Assembly (NCBI GenBank): GCA_963696935.1
Contig: CAVOMB010000101.1
Span: forward strand, 13,020 to 77,019
DNA length: 64,000 nucleotides
Direction: 5' to 3'
Source: an uncultured Thermoleophilia bacterium
GTDB lineage: Bacteria > Actinomycetota > Thermoleophilia > UBA2241
Shown piece after piece: positions 58,422 to 64,000 of the stretch. The translations under genes and the position numbers were made by a program. The first letter of the stretch is position 1; each line of letters starts with the position of its first letter. The notes under the pieces are model-generated. The model made no database searches. It was not told the DNA's origin and saw only the letters and a program-made list of their open reading frames with translations.

Positions 58422-59621
58422 TCACTTGCCGAGGAACTTCTCGATCATGTACTGTTTGGCGCCGTCGCTCGGCGGCAGGACGATGGACTGCTGGTTGTAC
58501 CAGCCAGACGAGCCCTTCATCACCTGCTTGGAGCCGTCCGTGGACCGCCACTTGAGGTAGGCCAGCTCCAGGATCTGGTTGGTGGTGAGGTCCGTGGCCA
58601 CGCCGCTCATGAAGTGCCTGCCGATCTCCGGCAGCTTGGACATGTTGCCCGGCCTGATGAGCTTCTTCTGGATGGCCTGGACAAACGCCTGCTGGCGTTG
58701 CGCGCGCGTGAAGTCGCCCTCCGCGTAGGCGTGGCGGATGCGCACATAGAGCATGCCGTTCTTGCCGTCGAAGTGGTGCATGCCCTTCTTGAAGGTGACG
58801 ACGCGCTGGGTGGAGCCCGCGACGCCGGGACCCGCCCCCGTCGTGACCGTCTCCGGTACGTACATGTCGATACCGCCGACCGAGTTCACGAGCCGTGGGA
58901 ACCCCTGGAAGCTGACCAGCATGATGTGGTTGATGGGGATGCCGGTGTACTGCTTGATGGTCTCGAGCGCGAGCGACGAGCCCGAGCCGTCCAGGCCGCC
59001 GTACCACATGGCCTCCGTGATCTTGCCCTGGCCGTAGCCGGGGATGTCCACCAGCGTGTCGCGGGGGATGGATAGCTGGTTGAGCTTGTGCTTCTTGGCG
59101 TCGAAGCGCATGAGCATGATCGTGTCCGAGTGCGCCTGGGTCAGGCTCCCCGTGTCGAGGCCCAGAAGCAGGACGGTGGTGCCGTTGCGCCAGATCCAGC
59201 CGTCGTCGGCGGTGAGCTGGGCACTGGTCTTCTTGTCGACGCGCTTGTTGGCCTTGTCCACGGCCCGGTCGAACTTCTGGTACCCGGGCCACGCGAGGAC
59301 GGTGAACACGACGCCGGCGATGATGAGGAGCGCGAAGACGGTGACGGGGACGTACCACCACCGGAAGCGGCGCCGGCGGGTCTGCTTGGCAGCCTTCTTC
59401 GCCTGCTTCTTGGCGGCCTTGCCGGCCGGCTCCGGCCCGTACGTGCGGTAGGCCTTGTCGCTGCGCTCGGGGTAGACGGGGGGCGCGTCGGCGCGGGGGC
59501 GCCGGCTCGGAGGCCGCGCCCCGGCCAGCTCGTCGTCGAGCGCGGTCCGCTTGGCGCGGCCGGTGGCTTTGTACGTCTTGTAGGGCTTGGCCCCTTGTCT
59601 GTCGTCGTTCTGTGTAGCCAT
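58422..59621 (-). CDS. LCP (LytR-CpsA-Psr) family cell-wall polymer transferase
   Basis: N-terminal cytoplasmic tail, one TM (..WWYVPVTVFALLIIAGVVFTVLAW..) and an LCP domain ..LLLGLDTGS...SDTIMLMRFD...LSIPRDTLVDIPGYG.. Confidence 0.88.
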   Translation of the reverse strand: MATQNDDRQGAKPYKTYKATGRAKRTALDDELAGARPPSRRPRADAPPVYPERSDKAYRTYGPEPAGKAAKKQAKKAAKQTRRRRFRWWYVPVTVFALLIIAGVVFTVLAWPGYQKFDRAVDKANKRVDKKTSAQLTADDGWIWRNGTTVLLLGLDTGSLTQAHSDTIMLMRFDAKKHKLNQLSIPRDTLVDIPGYGQGKITEAMWYGGLDGSGSSLALETIKQYTGIPINHIMLVSFQGFPRLVNSVGGIDMYVPETVTTGAGPGVAGSTQRVVTFKKGMHHFDGKNGMLYVRIRHAYAEGDFTRAQRQQAFVQAIQKKLIRPGNMSKLPEIGRHFMSGVATDLTTNQILELAYLKWRSTDGSKQVMKGSSGWYNQQSIVLPPSDGAKQYMIEKFLGK

Positions 59622-59766
59622 ACGTGTGGCGCCTCCGGCCCGCGCGCACGCGACATCGGTATGCGTGGCTGGTGGGGGCGGGGCGCCGAGTGCTTCTCCA
59701 GACTACGCCCGTGAGCGGGCGTTTCCTCTAGCCCCGATTTTACACCATGGTAAGCTCGGCGGCGGA

Positions 59767-60783
59767 ATGGCACCTGAACGTCTCGTCATCGGCGTCGACA
59801 TCGGCGGCACCAAAGTGGCTGCCGCGCTTGTGCGCGGACGCCTGCCCGCAGCCGGCGCGCATGCGCCCGACGAGGTTGAGACGCCGGAGATCGTCGACCG
59901 GTTCACCGTGCTCACCGACGCGAGCTTCCCCGAGGCGTGCGTGGCGGGGCTCGAGTCCTGCATCGCCGACCTCGAGCACGGCTCCGGCAAGGTCGAAGGC
60001 ATCGGCATCGGCGTCGCCTCCATGGTCGACTTCGTCGCCGGTCGCATCGTCGAGTCCGTCAACCTGCCGCTCGCCGACGTGCCCCTGCGCGACCTGCTCC
60101 AGAAGAGGTTCGAGGTGCCCGTCGCTATCGACAACGACGCCACCGCGGCGGGCATCGGGGAGTGGGTGTACGGCGCCGGCGCGGGCACCAGCGACATGAT
60201 CATGCTCACCCTCGGCACCGGTGTGGGCGGCGGCATCATCAGCGGGGGCCGGCCGCTCCGCGGGTCCAGCGGCGCCGCCGGCGAGCTCGGCCACATCATC
60301 ATCGACGTGGACGGCCCCAAGTGCCCCGCCAACTGCCCTAACTGGGGCTGCCTGGAAGCGTACGCGGCGGGACCGGCCATGGGCGCCGCCGCGCTCGTGG
60401 CCGCCGAACTGGAGCCCGAGTCGGGGCTGGGGCGGGCGCTCGCCGCCGGCCGCCCCGTCCACAGCAGGCTGCTGACGAAGCTGGCGCTCGAGGGGGACGT
60501 CGCGTCAATCGCCGTCCTCGAGCGCACCGGCGAGTACCTCGGCGCCGGGCTCGTGACGCTGAGCAACATCTTCGACCCGGAGCTGTTCGTCATCGGCGGC
60601 GGCGCAGCGGCGGCGGGCGACCTGCTCTTCGAGCCTGCCCGCCGCGTCCTCGCCGCCCGCGCCCTGCCGCCGGCACGCGACCGCGTGCGTGTGGTGCCGG
60701 CCGCTCTGGGCGTCGAAGCCGGCTTCATCGGCGCCGCCGCGCTGGCGCTCACGGAGCTCTTCCCGGAGGACCGGGTGACCTGA
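59767..60783 (+). CDS. ROK family glucokinase / sugar kinase
   Basis: MAPERLVIGVDIGGTKVAAALV.. The ROK zinc motif ..GELGHIIIDVDGPKCPANCPNWGCLEAYAAG.. The track ORF starts at 59587, but the ATG at 59767 gives the conserved N-terminus. Confidence 0.88.
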   Translation: MAPERLVIGVDIGGTKVAAALVRGRLPAAGAHAPDEVETPEIVDRFTVLTDASFPEACVAGLESCIADLEHGSGKVEGIGIGVASMVDFVAGRIVESVNLPLADVPLRDLLQKRFEVPVAIDNDATAAGIGEWVYGAGAGTSDMIMLTLGTGVGGGIISGGRPLRGSSGAAGELGHIIIDVDGPKCPANCPNWGCLEAYAAGPAMGAAALVAAELEPESGLGRALAAGRPVHSRLLTKLALEGDVASIAVLERTGEYLGAGLVTLSNIFDPELFVIGGGAAAAGDLLFEPARRVLAARALPPARDRVRVVPAALGVEAGFIGAAALALTELFPEDRVT

Positions 60784-60896
60784 GGGCGAGTCCGCCGCGG
60801 CGCCCGCAGGGGCCGCGGCGCGCGGATACCGGCCACGCCCGGGCATCGCTCGCCCCACGCTTGCGCATCGCGCCTCCGGCGCTTGCGCGTCGTGGT

Positions 60897-60926
60897 TTGA
60901 CTTCGCCCGCGTCATGCACGTAAATG
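60897..60926 (+). promoter_or_regulatory. Candidate promoter for the ferredoxin gene: -35 TTGACT, 18-nt spacer, -10 TAAATG
   Basis: Perfect -35 at 60897-60902 and a weak -10 at 60921-60926, 60 nt upstream of the ATG at 60987. Confidence 0.3.
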
Positions 60927-60978
60927 GACTCTGGAATCCCGCGCGTTCTGCGTCTTGCAGCGCGCCTACAGGAGGTGA

Positions 60979-61158
<180 letters not shown>

Positions 61159-61526
61159 TCTCACCCGTTCACCTGTGAAGTCCACTGGGCCGGCTCCTTC
61201 GGGAGCCGGCCCCGTCGCTTCGTGGCGTCTCACCATCGATCGGGGCGCCCGGGATGCGCGGCGCTCGCCGGCGCCTGGGTCCGGGCCCGTGCTTGGGATC
61301 TCCTTTGGCGCCGGTCGCCGCGGAGGGGTATGTCGTTTGGGGGTCGGTGCCATGGACGGTGCTATGGATGGCGCCATCCGTGGTGCCATCGAGGGTGCCA
61401 TCCGGGGTGCCAACGAAGGCACTGACCCCTGGATGCACATGCCCTGTACGGCTGGCGGCGGGTGGGACTCCGCGGCCGGCGCCAGGGCGGTGGCGTCGGG
61501 CGCCGGGCGGGCCGGCGAGCGGGGCG

Positions 61527-62376
61527 TCAGGCGCCGGGCGGGCCGGTGCCGTCCAGGACGTCCGGCCCGTCCCAGGCGAGCCGCTCGCGCATGACGCGCA
61601 CGGCCTCGGGGTTCTCGTCCACCAACAGGTAGCCGCGGCCCAGCCGCGCCGCCGCCTCTCCCGTGGTGCCGCTCCCCGCGAATGGGTCGATCACGAGGTC
61701 GCCGGGGTCCGAGTGCACGCGCACGATGCGCTCGAGGATCTTGACCGGCTTCTGCGTCGGGTAGCCGGTCTTCTCCCCGCCGGTGGGGCTCACGATGGTC
61801 TGCCACCACACGTCGGTCGGTGTCTTGCCGCGGGCGGCCTTCTCGGGGCCCGACGAGGCCCGGTGCCATGTACGGCACGCGGTCGATGTCGTCGTAGCGG
61901 AACACGTAGTGCGCCGGGTCGCGCGCGTACCAGAGGATCACGTCGTGCTTGGCCGGCCAGCGCGACCTGGCGCGGGCGCCGTAGTCGTATGCCCACACGA
62001 TCTCGTTCATGAACGACGCGCGCCCGAACAGCTCGTCGAGCAGCACCTTGCAGTAGTGGGACTCCCGCGGGTCGATGTGGAAGAACAGAGACCCGTCGGC
62101 GGCGAGCACGCGCCGCGCCTGGTCGAGCCGCGGCGCGAGGAACCCCAGGTAGTCGTCGAAGGCGTCGTTCCAGGCGGTACTGCCGAGGACCTCGGTGCGG
62201 TACCGCTTGCCGTTGAAGCCGACGCGGGCGGCTTTGTTGTCGCGCACGGCCCGGGTGCGCGTGCGCTGCTGCACCTTGCCGGTGTTGAACGGGGGGTCGA
62301 GGTAGACGAGGCGGGCGCAACCCTCGTCGAGGTCGCCGAGCACGTCGAGGCAGTCGCCGTGGACGACGCGCTTCAC
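61527..62376 (-). CDS. Beta-class DNA amino-methyltransferase (N4-cytosine or N6-adenine; motif IV before motif I); split by a frameshift near 61800-61860
   Basis: GTG start overlapping the upstream GNAT stop (GTGA). The N-terminal part reads ..VHGDCLDVLGDL..VYLDPPFNTGK.. (DPPF catalytic motif), then ..WAYDYGARARSRWPAKHDVILWYARDPAHYVF... The C-terminal part in another frame reads ..WWQTIVSPTGGEKTGYPTQKPVKILERIVRVHSDPGDLVIDPFAGSGTTGEAAARLGRGYLLVDENPEAVR.. (FxGxG AdoMet motif). Confidence 0.7.
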
Positions 62377-62813
62377 AGCGGATAGTCGTAGACGCGCTGG
62401 TCCTTGACCACGCTGCACCCGATGGCCTCGTAGAACTCGTGGGGGCCGACACGAGCGAGGTTGGCGCGGATCCAGAGATGCCGGAGGCCGCGGTCGCGGG
62501 ACCACACCGCGGCGGCCTCGAGCAGTGCGGCGCCGAGTCCAGTGCCCCGGTGGGCGGCGGCGACCACCAAGCCCCCGACCTCGCCGTAGGGGTCGGCCTC
62601 GATCGTCCTCTGTACGTGCACGTCGATGAAGCCTGCCAGACCCGCCGGGCCGTCGGCGACCAGCAGGTCCCGCTCCGGGTCGTCGAGCAGCGCGATGCGC
62701 TCGCGCACCTGGTCCTCCGTCGTGGGGTAGCCAAGCTGCGTGCTGAGCTCGGCCAGCGCGGCGGCGTCTTCGTCGCCTCGTGCGGCTCGGATGCGACGGC
62801 TCCAGTCGGTCAT
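62373..62813 (-). CDS. GNAT family N-acetyltransferase
   Basis: ..GLVVAAAHRGTGLGAALLEAAAVWSRDRG.. acetyl-CoA motif; 146 aa. Confidence 0.85.
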   Translation of the reverse strand: MTDWSRRIRAARGDEDAAALAELSTQLGYPTTEDQVRERIALLDDPERDLLVADGPAGLAGFIDVHVQRTIEADPYGEVGGLVVAAAHRGTGLGAALLEAAAVWSRDRGLRHLWIRANLARVGPHEFYEAIGCSVVKDQRVYDYPL

Positions 62814-62857
62814 GGGAGCAGTCTATCGCCTCGCCCTCGGCCCCGACTCCTGAAAGA

Positions 62858-63625
62858 ATGGTGCGGACCGTCGAGGGGGGGGCCGTGACCGACCACGTAT
62901 GGCGTGAGTTCTTCGACAGCTTCGCACCGCAGTACATGAACGAGGTGTTCACCACCGACAGCGTGCGGGAAGTCGCGTTCCTCACCGCGCTTCTGGAGTT
63001 GCCTGCGGGGGCGGCCATCCTCGACATCGGCTGCGGCACCGGCCGGCTTGCGGTGGAGCTGGCCAAGGCGGGCTATGCCGTGACGGGGATCGACCTCTCA
63101 GCCGGCATGCTGCGCGAGGCGCGGGCGGCGGCGCGGGCCGGGGTGGAGCTGGAGCTGGTGCAGGCCGACGCCACCTCGTTCGATCTCGGCCGCGAGTTCG
63201 AGGTGGCCGTGTGCCTCTGCGAGGGATCCTTTGGCCTGCTCGACGGCGACGACGCATTCGAGCACGACGCCGCCGTGCTGCTGCGCGTCTTCGCTGCTCT
63301 GCGGCCGGGCGCGCCTTTCGTGTGCACGCTGCTCAACGGCCTGCGCATGATCCGCGACGCGACGTCCGAGCAGGTGCAACGCGGGGCGTTCGACCCGGCC
63401 ACGCTCACGGAGTCCTTCGAGATGGAGGTGCCGTCGGAGGACGGGCCGCGCGAGCTGTCGATCCGCCAGCGCGGCTACGTGCCGAGCGAGCTGGTGCTGC
63501 TCTGCCGGGGAGCCGGCTTCATCGTCGAGCACGTGTGGGGCGGCACCGCGGGCAACTGGGGCCGCCGGCCCGTCGAGCTCGACGAGATGGAGATCATGGC
63601 CGTGCTGCGGAGGCCGCCGGCGTGA
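62858..63625 (+). CDS. Class I SAM-dependent methyltransferase
   Basis: Motif I ..ILDIGCGTGRLAVELAKAGYAVTGIDLS.. and motif II ..FEVAVCLCE.. The start is uncertain; the track ORF begins at 62780. Confidence 0.8.
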   Translation: MVRTVEGGAVTDHVWREFFDSFAPQYMNEVFTTDSVREVAFLTALLELPAGAAILDIGCGTGRLAVELAKAGYAVTGIDLSAGMLREARAAARAGVELELVQADATSFDLGREFEVAVCLCEGSFGLLDGDDAFEHDAAVLLRVFAALRPGAPFVCTLLNGLRMIRDATSEQVQRGAFDPATLTESFEMEVPSEDGPRELSIRQRGYVPSELVLLCRGAGFIVEHVWGGTAGNWGRRPVELDEMEIMAVLRRPPA

Positions 63626-64000
63626 GCCCCACGGCCGAGCTCCGCGTCCGCAAGGCGACGCCGGACGACGCGGAGGGCGTCGCGGCCGTGCTCAACGGCG
63701 CGATCCTCGGCGGCAGCCCGACACTGCTCGACACGCCGTTCTCCGTGGAGGACGAGCGCGCCTACATCGAAGCGCTGCCGGCGCGCGGGTTCATCAACGT
63801 CGCCGAGACGCTCGCGGACGGCATAGTCGGCTTCCAGACCGTGGTCTCGTGGAGCCGGTTCGTCACCACCGCGCACGACCACGTGGCCACCATGGGCACC
63901 TACGTGGACGCCGCCCAGCGTCGGCGGGGAGTGGGGGCGGCGCTTGCGCGGGCCAGCTTCGCCGCCGCGCTCGATCTCGGCTACGAGAAGATCTTCACCG
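63622..64000 (+). CDS. GNAT family N-acetyltransferase (3' end outside the window)
   Basis: GTG start overlapping the upstream stop. ..TMGTYVDAAQRRRGVGAALARASFAAALDLGYEKIF.. acetyl-CoA-binding motif. Confidence 0.75.
   Translation, partial: MSPTAELRVRKATPDDAEGVAAVLNGAILGGSPTLLDTPFSVEDERAYIEALPARGFINVAETLADGIVGFQTVVSWSRFVTTAHDHVATMGTYVDAAQRRRGVGAALARASFAAALDLGYEKIFT

Noticed and set aside
58375-58430. 18-bp direct repeat CGGCGCCGGCGGCTCACT x2 between truA and the LCP gene
   Set aside because: It is short and GC-rich, and partly overlaps the LCP stop codon. It has no dyad symmetry or T-tract, so it is insufficient to call a regulatory element.

Overview
High-GC (~70%) chromosomal window with actinobacterial-type gene order; GTG/TTG starts are frequent. 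Roughly 22.5-58.4 kb is the conserved ribosomal superoperon on the + strand: rpmG, tRNA-Trp, secE-nusG, rplK-rplA, rplJ-rplL, rpoB-rpoC, rpsL-rpsG-fusA-tuf, the S10, spc and alpha operons (including secY, adk, map, infA, rpmJ), then ecfA1-ecfA2-ecfT-truA. The first 22 kb is an accessory/regulatory neighbourhood. It holds a futalosine-pathway radical SAM enzyme (5' partial), two MFS transporters, a membrane HD-GYP phosphodiesterase preceded by two unusual small ORFs and a perfect 24-bp tandem repeat, and a birA-bioY operon. It also holds a LAL-type regulator, Hsp20, a PucR regulator, a GNAT/GNAT-remnant/LOG-like operon, a MrfA/YprA-like helicase, a CAP-domain protein, an ECF sigma with a membrane-spanning C-terminal extension, an MTA phosphorylase and a CPBP protease. 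The last 6 kb carries an LCP protein, a ROK glucokinase, a ferredoxin, a beta-class DNA methyltransferase coupled to a GNAT, a SAM methyltransferase and a partial GNAT. At least 20 single-base insertions disrupt essential genes (tuf, rpsC, rplW, rplB, rpsH, rplR, rplO, rpoA) and several accessory genes, while rpoB, rpoC, fusA and secY are intact. I read these as assembly indel errors rather than biology. Other observations: histone-like K/A/P-rich extensions on uL4 and uS17, a Gly-Arg repeat tail on uS3, Cys4 motifs in uL24 and EF-Tu, and a recurring promoter architecture TTGCC(C/G)-N17/18-TATACTGCC.
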